Shown here: one piece after another, positions 40,929 to 51,920 of the stretch
Numbering within the stretch: the stretch's first letter is position 1
Layout of the letters: every line of letters begins with the position of its first letter
DNA from: Nitrosopumilaceae archaeon
GTDB taxonomy: Archaea > Thermoproteota > Nitrososphaeria > Nitrososphaerales > Nitrosopumilaceae
Direction: 5' to 3'
Length of the DNA stretch: 64,000 bases
Assembly (NCBI GenBank): GCA_965207375.1
Contig: OZ242274.1
Coordinates: 1,440,001 to 1,504,000, forward strand
Position numbers and translations under genes: made by a program
Notes under the pieces: generated by a model
Database searches by the model: none
What the model was told of the DNA's origin: nothing
Seen by the model: the letters and a program-made list of their open reading frames with translations, nothing else

Positions 40929-41222
40929 ATGGCGTTTAGATTTTCATCCGATCAGATAGCTGATTTGGCACAAATTTTAGGCGGTAAAACAGGGGAGGCA
41001 ATATCTAATTTAATGGATGATACTATATCTCATTATTACATATACGGCTATGACTGTACCGATGAACCAGTCACTGTTAAAATCAGTATTGATACCTTGG
41101 AGGCAGTTTCAGATTTTGGTCATTTGCATGAACTAAATGCTATACGTGAGTGCATGAGGTGTACAAAACAGGATTATATCGTACTGTACGGCAGGGCAGC
41201 AGTCAAGGAGGTAACAGCATGA
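40929..41222 (+). CDS. Hypothetical protein
   Basis: 97 aa; operonic with small downstream ORFs. Confidence 0.55.
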   Translation: MAFRFSSDQIADLAQILGGKTGEAISNLMDDTISHYYIYGYDCTDEPVTVKISIDTLEAVSDFGHLHELNAIRECMRCTKQDYIVLYGRAAVKEVTA

Positions 41223-41867
41223 GCTGGCTATATGTAGATAACGATAACAGTTCTGTTCAGCATTATTTTTATGATGTATCATCGTTATGTGGACAAATAA
41301 GCCTACCTTGTGCAGGTGTAGTATCTGCACGTCTCAGGTGTACGTGCAATACCTGTCGTGATATTTTAAAATCAACAAAGGTATACGGTCTTACCAAACG
41401 CATAAAAAAACAGCTAGACACAATAAACCAAAAAAATCTACACAACTTTGGCTGTGATACCAAACACATGCTACACAACTATCTGACATCAGGAGATTTG
41501 ATATCCTTTGATGATTTGGTGTCTATAATTTCTGATAGTATTGATAAACAATATCCGGTAGCACATGTGGTACAACTCATTTCTACCGGAAGATACCTTT
41601 GCGTACATGGCTGCATGGAGTATAGGCCATGAAATTATGCTTTTTGTCCGGGCGTACCGGGGAATTTTCTGATGACGTAGAAAACCCTGCCAAACCCTTT
41701 AGCGATACCGTGGACAATGGTGACATGTGGATTTTGGTGCAGGGGACTGTATCAGGTGTACATGACTTTAACTTCAAAAACTATAGAAACTTCAACGACA
41801 TTATGGGAGGTTCTTCGGAATTGGTACAGACCGGAATTATGATACAAGAAGAGTCGTCCTCACCGGA

Positions 41868-43034
41868 ATGAATAAAAAAATAGCCGATATCAAAATCGGC
41901 AAACGATTTAGATTACATGCTGACGTGGAATCATTGAAACAATCCATAGCAGAAAACGGACTGTTTCATGGTATTGTGATATCACCTGATAACGAACTGC
42001 TTGCCGGATACCGCAGATTAATAGCATGCAGGGAATTGGGACACAAAACAATACTGTGTAATGTGATAGATGTGGATTCAGCAAAGTGTGAGCTTGCATC
42101 AAACAAGGAGCAAAAATCATTTACACCAAGTGAAATTTATGCCGTCTGCAAATACGTCCAGTCAAACACTTGCAGGGGCAGACCAAAGTCTGGTCAAAGC
42201 TCAAAGTATCGAGGTCCAGTTGAAAAAAATGTAGAGAGTTTAACAGGCATATCATGCAGACAAATCTCTAAAATAAAATCTGTAATGGCAGCTTCTGAAT
42301 CAGATGAAACACTCAAACAGGTTGCACAAGAATTAGATGACGGCAAAATAAATGTGGATTCTGCCTACAAGACGGTCCGCACCAAACAACAGTATACTGC
42401 AGAATTAGCACAGATGGACGATACTAGACAAACCCGCAAAGACGTCACGCTGTATAATGGCGACTTTAGAGACATGAATATACCAAATGAATCAGTACAT
42501 CTCATATTTACTGATCCGCCGTACAGGGACTGTGATTTAGACAATTACACGGATCTGGCAAAACATGCAGAATCGATTCTGGTACCAGGTGGTTCATTGT
42601 TTTGTATTGTACCAAACGCCCATATTCATGAATTGATACCTGTATTGACACAGCATGGATTGACATACCACTGGACGTGTGCCATACAGCACTCATCATG
42701 GGGCACTAATGTCATGTGGGGAAAACATATCAGCGTACGATACAAGCCGCTAGTTTGGTGTGTCAAGGGTACACGTAGAACTAGACAAAATGTTAGTGAC
42801 ATGGTCAAATCCTCAAAGCCTGCAAAGTCACTGCATCCGTGGGAGCAATCAACTGTAGAATCTGACTATTACATCTCGACAGTTACGATACCAGGAGAAA
42901 CCATACATGACCCTTTTATGGGTTCAGGCACCTTTGGGGTATCAGCAGTATCAAACAAAAGAAAATTTATCGGTGCTGAAATTGAACAAAAATATTACGA
43001 CTATGCAGTCAGGCGAATAAACGCGATATCATGA
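41868..43034 (+). CDS. ParB/Srx domain fused to an N4/N6 DNA methyltransferase
   Basis: LLAGYRRLIA (ParB); TDPPY and DPFMGSGT (beta-class MTase). Confidence 0.9.
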   Translation: MNKKIADIKIGKRFRLHADVESLKQSIAENGLFHGIVISPDNELLAGYRRLIACRELGHKTILCNVIDVDSAKCELASNKEQKSFTPSEIYAVCKYVQSNTCRGRPKSGQSSKYRGPVEKNVESLTGISCRQISKIKSVMAASESDETLKQVAQELDDGKINVDSAYKTVRTKQQYTAELAQMDDTRQTRKDVTLYNGDFRDMNIPNESVHLIFTDPPYRDCDLDNYTDLAKHAESILVPGGSLFCIVPNAHIHELIPVLTQHGLTYHWTCAIQHSSWGTNVMWGKHISVRYKPLVWCVKGTRRTRQNVSDMVKSSKPAKSLHPWEQSTVESDYYISTVTIPGETIHDPFMGSGTFGVSAVSNKRKFIGAEIEQKYYDYAVRRINAIS

Positions 43035-43219
43035 AACTAGACCGTACAATATTGAACCTACTACAGAACCGTAGATATTCTACACGTACCGATGTTATCG
43101 CGTATAATCTAGGTGGTGATATAAACAGAGAAAAGATAATTGCTGCCCTCTGGCGACTGGCAGATTCTGGACAGATACGTCTCAATGCAGATGGTACATG
43201 GGAGGCAATACTGACATGA
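43031..43219 (+). CDS. Small wHTH-like protein
   Basis: 62 aa; ALWRLADSGQI...GTW. Confidence 0.5.
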   Translation: MKLDRTILNLLQNRRYSTRTDVIAYNLGGDINREKIIAALWRLADSGQIRLNADGTWEAILT

Positions 43220-43268
43220 ACTTTAAATCTATTCAAAACATCGTTGATATCATCTGGGAGAATTTGAA

Positions 43269-43643
43269 ATGATAGGCAAAAAACTACCAAAACCAATAAT
43301 CAAACTTATGATTAAAGAGGAATTATTTGTACCCGTAATTGATGGTAGCGGTTTAGGTTTGAATGAAGGTTTCTTAGAACTTGTGAGGGAAATACAAAAA
43401 AGTAAAGAATGTGGTGGGAATTTAACAAAAGCAGTATGGTGGGCAATTCAAGAATGGTGTCCTGATTTGGAAAAAAAAGTATGGGTGTTACTAGTTGATG
43501 GTGTGTTTTGGGCAATGTTGCAACTTGATCCTACACTTGTCAGTGAATTTGGCAAATACTTGGCAAAAGATCAAAGTAAAGCGTTACTAGAAAGAATCAA
43601 AACCATATCAGAATTACAGAGACATAATGATAATCTAAAATGA
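43269..43643 (+). CDS. Hypothetical protein, paralog of 53899-54249
   Basis: Shared ...WCPDL...DG pattern. Confidence 0.6.
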   Translation: MIGKKLPKPIIKLMIKEELFVPVIDGSGLGLNEGFLELVREIQKSKECGGNLTKAVWWAIQEWCPDLEKKVWVLLVDGVFWAMLQLDPTLVSEFGKYLAKDQSKALLERIKTISELQRHNDNLK

Positions 43644-43855
43644 CTGACACTAGTGTTTCTGTAGATGATATTAGTGCAGATGAGGATACATGAATTATCA
43701 AAACGACACATCTGGCATAATTATACTATATAGTGGCAAGCCAGTTAGATTTGTAGACGATACTTGAGATTGCCTGTAAATATTTACATATGCAGTTTAT
43801 GTAACCGGCAGTTTACTGGTGCAGAAAATTATGCCAGACACAGGAGGACCTGTAA

Positions 43856-44053
43856 ATGAGCAATCAAATGATACACGTTTATGTATATATTGAGACTATC
43901 CTGGAGCACACACACCTGTTGAGACTAGCAGATTCTGAACAAATGTTACACTATGAAAACGGTGTATACAAACCAGATGGTGATATCAAGGTAGAGAACA
44001 TGATATATGATTTAGCAGCCAGATACAAAACAGGGCAAGACTATTTTTTGTAA
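43856..44053 (+). CDS. Truncated paralog of the D5_N region of the downstream helicase
   Basis: QMLHYENGVYK vs EILYYENGIYR. Confidence 0.5.
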   Translation: MSNQMIHVYVYIETILEHTHLLRLADSEQMLHYENGVYKPDGDIKVENMIYDLAARYKTGQDYFL

Positions 44054-44217
44054 CAGAGGGTGCTGATTCTTCTAGTTATGACATCCCCGTACGTGTGATT
44101 TGATTCTCAGACGCATATGAATCATGAGACCTTGAAAAATAAACTGAATTTAGAATCTGAAAAAAACGGCATACTAGACATTCTGATACGAGGCGCAGAA
44201 GACATCATAGGCGACAC

Positions 44218-46230
44218 ATGACTAGTATAGATGAAAAGTCACTTGCAGGCTATGCAGAAAAAAAGTTTGGTTGTGCTGTATCCAGACTAGAAGAATTTTG
44301 TAAACGATATACTGGTGACAATACCGGATATGGGGTGTGCAGCAAGGGTGAGCATGACATATCCTCTGAAAATACCATATTTTGTTTTGAAGGTGGCAGG
44401 CACAATCTAGAAACATCTGCATGTGTGCATCTTGACTGCTTTTTGTCAGGACTAGAACGGGACACGATATCTCAGATTGACGGTACTATACAAAAACCAA
44501 AAAAGAGCAAAAAGCATGATACAGAAACTCCCGATACTGCAGAATTTGTCCAGATGTTAATGTCGCAGGTACATTTTTTGAGTCTGCGTGATACACGAGA
44601 AATACTATATTATGAGAACGGAATATACCGGTTTGGCGGCGAGGTGCTAATTGAAGAGATGGCCGAATCCCTTGTAAGTCAATATACTATCTGTACTACT
44701 TCTATGCGTATTGAAATTACAAACAGCATACGTTCTAGGACCTATGTGGACAGAGAGACCTTTGATGCTGATGTTGATATAATTAATGTCAAAAACGGGC
44801 TATACAATATACAAGACGGCACATTTACACCACACAATCCAAGTTATGCTAGCCGTATGCAGCTAAACGTAGAATATCACCCCGGTATTGCCCCTAAGAG
44901 ATTTGTGTCCTTTATGGAGGAGATTCTGCCCGATATTGAGGATAGAACTATGGTATATGAGATGTTTGGTGCGATTTTGGTGAGTAGAATTTTGGATCTG
45001 CAAAAGATCTGTATCTTTGTTGGTGATGGTGCAAACGGCAAAAGCACATTACTAAAAACCATGACCGATATTATAGGCGTCAAAAACTGCTCGTTTCGTT
45101 CAATGCACTCGCTGATATACAACCGATTTGCAGCAGCTGACTTGGATGGAAAGCTAGCAAATATTTATGCTGATATCTCTGCTGATGAAATGAAAAATAT
45201 TGGATTGATAAAAAATCTAGTATCAGGGGATGAAACAAGCGTTGAAAAGAAAAACAAGTCCTCTTTTCCCATGAAAAATATTGCAAAGATGTTTTTTTCA
45301 TGTAATAGACTGCCTGATATTGAGGATGAAACAGGTGGAGTATTTAGGCGGTTTCATATTATTGAGTTTTTGACCGAATTTCATGGTGGTAAAGCAAAGG
45401 CTAGACTGTTAGATGAATTGATACAGGATTCAGAAAAAAGTGGAATATTGAATGTATTGATACAGCATGCCGGTACCATACTAAAAAAAGGTGAATTTAG
45501 TTATGCCCGTGATGTAGCTAGTATCAGAAAGGAATGGAAGGAGCGTGTAGATATGGTGTTAAGTTTTGTTAATGAAACAGTAGAGGCACATCCTGACTCT
45601 AATATAGCAAAGGATAGGTTATACGCTGAATATGCGAGGTACTGTGAGACAAAAAATGAGCGGCCAAAGGGTCAAAAGATATTCTCACAGAAAATGTCAA
45701 CATTTGGATACAAATGGGATAAACGGCGTTGGGAAGGCAAGGCACAAAATGTGTGGATAGGTATCCGGTTCAAGGGCTCAGTCACACCAGATGATACCGG
45801 TACAGTAAAGCCGGATACAAAGCCAGATGGTACCGATACAAAGCCAGATGGTACCGATACAAAGCCTGATGTGTCTAAACCAGAAATATCTAATAGTACC
45901 ATGTTGGGTATTGTGGATATTTTAAAGCCAGAATCTACAAAACAAAGTATTGTTGGTGATATATTTACGGCACTAGCAGATGAGAATGGGACATTATCCC
46001 AAAATGATCTAGTTACAGAAATGGTAAAATGTGAAAAATGGAACAAAGAGGAGGCCGTACGATATGTTGAGGAGCTAGTATCAGAGAAAAAACTCGTCAC
46101 CGGTCAGCCATCCAAGAAAAGATGGCGCTGCAAGTGTGGTGCAGGACCCTATGTTTCTGGTGAGGTAGCCTTTGCAGGCAAGCCCATCGAAGAGTATCAC
46201 AAGGGCGACGGCCACGAGATAATTTTCTGA
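44218..46230 (+). CDS. P4/D5-family SF3 replicative helicase
   Basis: INVKNG (D5_N), Walker A GDGANGKST, SCNRLP and FRRF. Confidence 0.9.
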   Translation: MTSIDEKSLAGYAEKKFGCAVSRLEEFCKRYTGDNTGYGVCSKGEHDISSENTIFCFEGGRHNLETSACVHLDCFLSGLERDTISQIDGTIQKPKKSKKHDTETPDTAEFVQMLMSQVHFLSLRDTREILYYENGIYRFGGEVLIEEMAESLVSQYTICTTSMRIEITNSIRSRTYVDRETFDADVDIINVKNGLYNIQDGTFTPHNPSYASRMQLNVEYHPGIAPKRFVSFMEEILPDIEDRTMVYEMFGAILVSRILDLQKICIFVGDGANGKSTLLKTMTDIIGVKNCSFRSMHSLIYNRFAAADLDGKLANIYADISADEMKNIGLIKNLVSGDETSVEKKNKSSFPMKNIAKMFFSCNRLPDIEDETGGVFRRFHIIEFLTEFHGGKAKARLLDELIQDSEKSGILNVLIQHAGTILKKGEFSYARDVASIRKEWKERVDMVLSFVNETVEAHPDSNIAKDRLYAEYARYCETKNERPKGQKIFSQKMSTFGYKWDKRRWEGKAQNVWIGIRFKGSVTPDDTGTVKPDTKPDGTDTKPDGTDTKPDVSKPEISNSTMLGIVDILKPESTKQSIVGDIFTALADENGTLSQNDLVTEMVKCEKWNKEEAVRYVEELVSEKKLVTGQPSKKRWRCKCGAGPYVSGEVAFAGKPIEEYHKGDGHEIIF

Positions 46231-46237
46231 TCGGCAC

Positions 46238-47024
46238 TTTTGTTCCATGTTCCAGATGAATTATTACTCTTCTATAATGACATATTATACACCAAATTTT
46301 TTGATTCTACAGCCTCAATGCATACCTGGAACATGGAACAAAATATCAAACTCTTCAAAATGGACTCTATTTGTCTGAAAGGCATCGATCATGTGGACTT
46401 TTTTTGTTCCACTTGTTCCACTTTGATTTTACCGATTTGCGAACTTTAGCCCAAAAATGACAAAAATGGCACATACGAAATTCGCTAAAATGAATTTGAT
46501 CTGGAACAAGTGGAATAAAGTGGAACACAGGCGTGTCATTTCGCAAATCAGACAAAAATCTTTGATCCCTCTTACGCCTAGCCAGATTTGATACTATGAT
46601 TTACAGTGCCAAAATTACCCATATTTTTGATGGAAATCATTTTTTTGCGATCCGAAATAGTGGGTATTTAAACCCCCGAAATAACACGATTTCTGTGCCT
46701 ATTTTGATCCCTGTTTGTTAACAAAACGGACAAAAACCCATTTTATGATATCTTTGATTTTTGATGGGAATATTTCAAATTGGCCAGATTGTGCCTCTGG
46801 TACCAATTTTGGGTCAAAATTGGCATTTTTTACGAAATTCGCACTCTCGGTACACCAAAGTGGTCTGCATAAAGAAAATAGATTAGATCGCTACATGTTT
46901 TTGTCTGATTTGATCTTTTCTGTTCACTATTTTCAAGGATTACAGATCCCACCCATACCTGACACTTTTCCACTTGCAAAACATCACGGACTCTGTCCAA
47001 AACTAACTTTGTTTCATCTGGAAC
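46238..47024. promoter_or_regulatory. Candidate replication origin
   Basis: Clustered GTTCCA/TGGAAC repeats; perfect 18-bp IR (46238-46255 / 46326-46343); inverted GTTCCAGATGAA copies at 46249 and 47013-47024. Confidence 0.55.
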
Positions 47025-47102
47025 ACGCGATGATACTCTTTGATCCATACATTATACCACACAGGCACGAATTTGGTTTGTGCCAGATATCATTTCTGAT
47101 CC

Positions 47103-49493
47103 ATGTCTGATTCGCTACTGCTTTTATCAAACATGATACACAACGGTACTATACTGTTAAAGTTCTATAATGTGACATCACAAAATATCGTCTGTATATC
47201 AAAACCATACAAGCCATATTCTTTGGTGAATCATCCAAATGGTACCATACAAAAAACCAACAGTATCACTGGCCAAAAGATACGATGTAATAAAATACCA
47301 TACAGGGGCACATCTGAATCAGATTTAGAGTCAGAAATTAACCAAAGACACTCGTATTTGTGGGATGCAGGTTTAATTCCAGGCTGCTATTATGCCATAC
47401 AGGGCAAGGTTCTAGTCCGAGTACCACATGATATAGATGAAGATCTATTACACAAAATACTACACTCAGGTATAGGGGCTGGTCTGCCAGATGTTGAATC
47501 ATACAAACAAGAGATGACAGAAACTGCTTTGACTCTAAATGAGCCAATTCCGGACATACGCAGGGTAGCATTTGACATTGAACTTTCAGCAGTTGACGGA
47601 GAGATAAATGTAGAAAATCCCATATATTCAGTAACTGCTGTTTCGTTATCTTCTGAATCTGAATCTGTATGTTATGTTGTAGAGCCTGGCGGCATCAAAC
47701 ATATCACACAGGGAATAGAGGTAATTCCATGTGATACAGAAGGTATCATGATACGAAAAGCTCTGAACCATTTGGCGCAATATCCTGTATGGTTATCATA
47801 TTATGGAGAACAATTTGATTTGCCGTATCTGCATCATCGATGTGTGCGTCTTGGGTCTAGTTTAGATGACATTTTATACAATACAGGAGGCAGGATAACT
47901 CCGATACGACAGGTACATGTGGATCTATACTCGGTGTATAGCAATCCTTCGCTTCAAGCATATGCGTTTGGTGGAAGATATGATACGTATTCTCTAGATG
48001 CTGTGGCCTTTGGCATGCTTGGCCGTCACAAGTCAGGTACCGGTGAGGCAGCAGGTATTTTATCTGGAGACGATCTTGCCATATACTGCCATACTGATGC
48101 CAGACTGACATATGATCTAACAACATTTGCAGAATCTGCCACACTAAACATCCTAGTGATTATCTCTAGAATTTCTTCTTTACCCATCGATGTAGTATCT
48201 CAGACTAGGGTATCTACATGGACACAAAGCATGCTGAACCGACGACATAGAATCAAGGGAATTTTGATTCCAACAAAACAAGACATACAAGAAAAAACCA
48301 AAATGTTGGGAGTATCTGTTGCCAAGCCCATACAAAAGAACAAAAAGTATCGGGGCGGCATGGTGATGCAACAAACTTGTGGCCTATTTTGGAATATGAC
48401 GGTACTAGATTATGCCTCAATGTATCCGCATATTATACAGTTACACAACATATCTTATGAAACTATACAGTGTCCACATGATTCTTGTAAAGAATATACC
48501 ATACCTGGTACTGCATACTGGCGTTGTACAAAACAAAACGGCATGCTTGCATCTTGTATTGGTGCGTTACGTGAACTACGAGTTCAATATTACAAAAAAT
48601 TATCAAAAAATACCAAAATAAGCAAGCAAAGACGCATGCTGTACGAGTCAGTAGCCGGTGCAATCAAGGTGTTTATGAATGCCTCATATGGGGTCATGGG
48701 CTCTGAATTTTTCCCGTTATACTATCTACCGGTTGCAGATTCTGTAACTGCTGTTGGCAGAAAAATGATAACAGATACGATATCTGTATGTGAAAGTAAA
48801 GGTGTCAAGGTGTTATACGGCGATACTGATTCACTCTTTGTTGCACATGCCCCCTTGCAAACGTTACATGGTATAATATCTGCCACACTTACAATGCACG
48901 GGGCAGAACTTGAAATAGACAAACAGTACAGGTTTGCATTACTTACGGGTCTAAAGAAAAACTATCTGGGAATTCGTGATGATGGTACAGCAGATGTAAA
49001 GGGATTGCTTGGAAAAAAATCAGACACACCACAATTTATCAGAAATTCCTTTGAGAGAGTCGTTGGTATATTGTGTGGGGTCTCTGAAGAAGCTCAGATA
49101 GAGTCAGCAAAAGGTGACATATCTGATCTCATTAAACAGGATGTAAATAAAATACGTACAGGTGACTATACTCTGGGAGATATGACGTACAGAAAAAAAC
49201 TAAAGCAACCTTTGAATAAATATTCTGGCTCACCTCAACATGTTGCTGCTGCTAAAATGCTACAAAATGTAACTGGCATAAACATACAGGAGGGAAGCGT
49301 GATAAGATTCATCAAGACAAAATCAGGCCCCGTACCATTTGAGCTAGCCTCTTCTTCACAAATTGATACAGAAAAATACATTGATGCGCTAGGCTCAGTT
49401 GTATCTCAGATATTGCCACCACTAGACATGACAGCAGAAGGTGTCATTACAGGTACGACACAAAACTCTATGGATAATTTCTTTGCTGTCTAG
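47103..49493 (+). CDS. polB: Family B DNA polymerase (cellular archaeal PolB1-like)
   Basis: AFDIE, FDLPY, DYASMYP, KVFMNASYG, YGDTDS, KKNY and VKGL. Confidence 0.95.
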   Translation: MSDSLLLLSNMIHNGTILLKFYNVTSQNIVCISKPYKPYSLVNHPNGTIQKTNSITGQKIRCNKIPYRGTSESDLESEINQRHSYLWDAGLIPGCYYAIQGKVLVRVPHDIDEDLLHKILHSGIGAGLPDVESYKQEMTETALTLNEPIPDIRRVAFDIELSAVDGEINVENPIYSVTAVSLSSESESVCYVVEPGGIKHITQGIEVIPCDTEGIMIRKALNHLAQYPVWLSYYGEQFDLPYLHHRCVRLGSSLDDILYNTGGRITPIRQVHVDLYSVYSNPSLQAYAFGGRYDTYSLDAVAFGMLGRHKSGTGEAAGILSGDDLAIYCHTDARLTYDLTTFAESATLNILVIISRISSLPIDVVSQTRVSTWTQSMLNRRHRIKGILIPTKQDIQEKTKMLGVSVAKPIQKNKKYRGGMVMQQTCGLFWNMTVLDYASMYPHIIQLHNISYETIQCPHDSCKEYTIPGTAYWRCTKQNGMLASCIGALRELRVQYYKKLSKNTKISKQRRMLYESVAGAIKVFMNASYGVMGSEFFPLYYLPVADSVTAVGRKMITDTISVCESKGVKVLYGDTDSLFVAHAPLQTLHGIISATLTMHGAELEIDKQYRFALLTGLKKNYLGIRDDGTADVKGLLGKKSDTPQFIRNSFERVVGILCGVSEEAQIESAKGDISDLIKQDVNKIRTGDYTLGDMTYRKKLKQPLNKYSGSPQHVAAAKMLQNVTGINIQEGSVIRFIKTKSGPVPFELASSSQIDTEKYIDALGSVVSQILPPLDMTAEGVITGTTQNSMDNFFAV

Positions 49494-50964
49494 TTTTCCT
49501 CCAGGGTACACCATGCGGGAGCAACAAAAAAAGATAATACAGCAGATATACGAGGCTGTACAGTCAGGGTATCGACACATTATACTCTGTGCACCTACAG
49601 GAATAGGAAAATCACATATCGGTGTAACCTTTGGCAGGCATTTTGGTTCATGTGATGTTGTTGTGTCACAAAAGGTGTTACAAGATCAGTATTGTACAGA
49701 CTTTGGATTTTTGACATCATCTAAAGGACGAAGCAACTATCCGTGTATGGCATCAGGTGAGAAGAGCTGTGAGGCAGGCCTCTGCTCTTGGCACGAAAAT
49801 AAAAAGATACAGTTTTGTAACTATAAACCTGCAATTACAGATTATATTGTAACAGATTCTGGCAATGTAATTTCACCACCTGATTCCTGCAGATATTACG
49901 ATGCAAAATATACTGCTTTACTCTCAAAATATGCAGTATACAATTATCTGATATTTTTTCATTTTGCACGAGAAAAACTGATGAAAAACTCTGCCTGTAT
50001 TGTGGCAGACGAAGCTCATGAGATTGAAATGTATTTGGCAGACTTTGGCTCGGTGTCTTTATCTCCAGAAGAGCAGTTTGGGGTGTCATCTCTAGAGCCT
50101 GATGGTATCATAGAATCCTTGTACCAGTGTATACAGTATCACAAAGCAGATGACATATCTGGTGTATACAAGATACAGCGATGTAACATGATATTACGTG
50201 AATTAAAAAAGCGACCTGAAAACTATACCATACAAAAAAGGGGTGATACGATATACATTACTCCAATAGATGTTTCGTATCTGGCAAAAACTGTGTTTGA
50301 TTCACCGTACAATTTGTTCATGTCAGGTACCATACATCCAGATGTGTTTTTGCCTACAATGGGATTTGATTCACGTGACTGTGCGTATATAGAGGCAAAA
50401 CCTTCCCCCTTTGAAAAACAAAACAGACAGGTAAAGTTTTGCAATGTGATATCTTTGAATCATGCCTCTACTCCTGCAGATTACGGTATCGCATATTCTG
50501 CTGTTTCAAAAATAGTATCACATCATCCAGAAAAGGGGCTGATACTGTGCACCAGTACAAAACAATGTGATGAGATAACTAGAATTTTAGGAAAACGTGC
50601 AGTACCTGCTTATGGTGTGTACAGGGATGAGGCCATATCAAAACATGCGTCTTCTGATAATACCATACTAGTATCGCCCAGTCTATACAACGGACTTGAT
50701 TTAACAGACGATTTGTCTAGATTTCAGATTATTTTAAAAGCACCATATCTGTCAATGTCAGATATCAGGACTGCTAGTATCGCAAAAAAATCTGCCTTGT
50801 GGTACAGGTATCAGGCTTTAGCACGATTTCTTCAAGGATGTGGCAGGTCAATACGCCATGATACAGATTATGCTGTAACTTATGTTATTGATTCAGCAGT
50901 ATTAGAGCTGTTATACACCATGAAACGGTACATTCCCCATGCGTATCAGGATATGTTACCATGA
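49441..50964 (+). CDS. XPD/DinG/Rad3-family helicase (start probably ~49483-49513)
   Basis: APTGIGKS, KGRSNYPC, DEAH and QGCGRSIR. Confidence 0.9.
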   Translation: MSLQVRHKTLWIISLLSSFPPGYTMREQQKKIIQQIYEAVQSGYRHIILCAPTGIGKSHIGVTFGRHFGSCDVVVSQKVLQDQYCTDFGFLTSSKGRSNYPCMASGEKSCEAGLCSWHENKKIQFCNYKPAITDYIVTDSGNVISPPDSCRYYDAKYTALLSKYAVYNYLIFFHFAREKLMKNSACIVADEAHEIEMYLADFGSVSLSPEEQFGVSSLEPDGIIESLYQCIQYHKADDISGVYKIQRCNMILRELKKRPENYTIQKRGDTIYITPIDVSYLAKTVFDSPYNLFMSGTIHPDVFLPTMGFDSRDCAYIEAKPSPFEKQNRQVKFCNVISLNHASTPADYGIAYSAVSKIVSHHPEKGLILCTSTKQCDEITRILGKRAVPAYGVYRDEAISKHASSDNTILVSPSLYNGLDLTDDLSRFQIILKAPYLSMSDIRTASIAKKSALWYRYQALARFLQGCGRSIRHDTDYAVTYVIDSAVLELLYTMKRYIPHAYQDMLP

Positions 50965-51920
50965 ATTTGTCTGATGTTATAAATGAACATCTGCTTGGCG
51001 GGGGTCTAGATGTACTGTATCAGCGCGGATTTCCAATAGGTGAGATACTGCAAGGAGGTACGATACATGATACACAGTTGCTCAAACTTGCCACAGAATC
51101 AGTGGCATCATCAATATCACAGTCAAAGATGAGTCTCTCTACGGGTATAGTATCGATACATTCGAAAATATTTCCACGCGAAGCTGCAGTCTTTGCTGTA
51201 TCTGCTGTGTTAATTTCTCATATATCTGATGATTTGGTTGCAAAAAAGTATGCTCTCTCTTGTGGTAAATTATTTTGTAATGTTTTGTCAAAATCATGGG
51301 ATACTTGGGGCAGAGATATTGCTGAATCTATACTACACTGTATAGTACAGGATGGATTTTTTCTAGTACCGGTATCATCATATCTTGACTCTTCGGTCAA
51401 AATAGGATCTGACACCTGGCGGCTTGCAAATCGTGATGTACGGTCTGGTTTTGTCCATGGACTGTCTAAAAAGGAGATTGTGCGCATGATTCTGCCGCAG
51501 GCCACTGATGTCTTGTATGGTATGATAAAATCTGCAAAATGTTCTGATAATATCACCTTGGATGATTATGTCTCCCAGATACGAGATATTATGCCCATAC
51601 ATCGCAGTGTAGGAGTATCGGGACGACCACCCTGTGTCATACATGCAATACAATACATGTCACAGGGTGAGAATCTCAGCCATTTTGGACGATTCCTTGT
51701 TGCATCTTGGCTGTTACGGGCTGGCATACCACAAGAGGATGTGTGCGGGTACTTTACAGGAGCTCCGGATTATTCTAAAACCATAACAAAATCCCAGGTA
51801 TCCCACATGGCAAAATCTAGATACATGGTACCGTCCTGTAAAAAGATTGCATCAGCTGGCCTTTGTTGTAAAGATGAGACGTGTCGTAATATCACAAATC
51901 CGGTCCAGTATGGCACCTAA
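50961..51920 (+). CDS. priL: Archaeal DNA primase large subunit
   Basis: PPCV...GENLSHFGRF...PSC...LC...C Fe-S domain. Confidence 0.9.
   Translation: MNLSDVINEHLLGGGLDVLYQRGFPIGEILQGGTIHDTQLLKLATESVASSISQSKMSLSTGIVSIHSKIFPREAAVFAVSAVLISHISDDLVAKKYALSCGKLFCNVLSKSWDTWGRDIAESILHCIVQDGFFLVPVSSYLDSSVKIGSDTWRLANRDVRSGFVHGLSKKEIVRMILPQATDVLYGMIKSAKCSDNITLDDYVSQIRDIMPIHRSVGVSGRPPCVIHAIQYMSQGENLSHFGRFLVASWLLRAGIPQEDVCGYFTGAPDYSKTITKSQVSHMAKSRYMVPSCKKIASAGLCCKDETCRNITNPVQYGT

Noticed and set aside
46240-47110. Small ORFs between the helicase and polB
   Set aside because: Low-complexity translations of the GTTCCA repeats; more likely non-coding.
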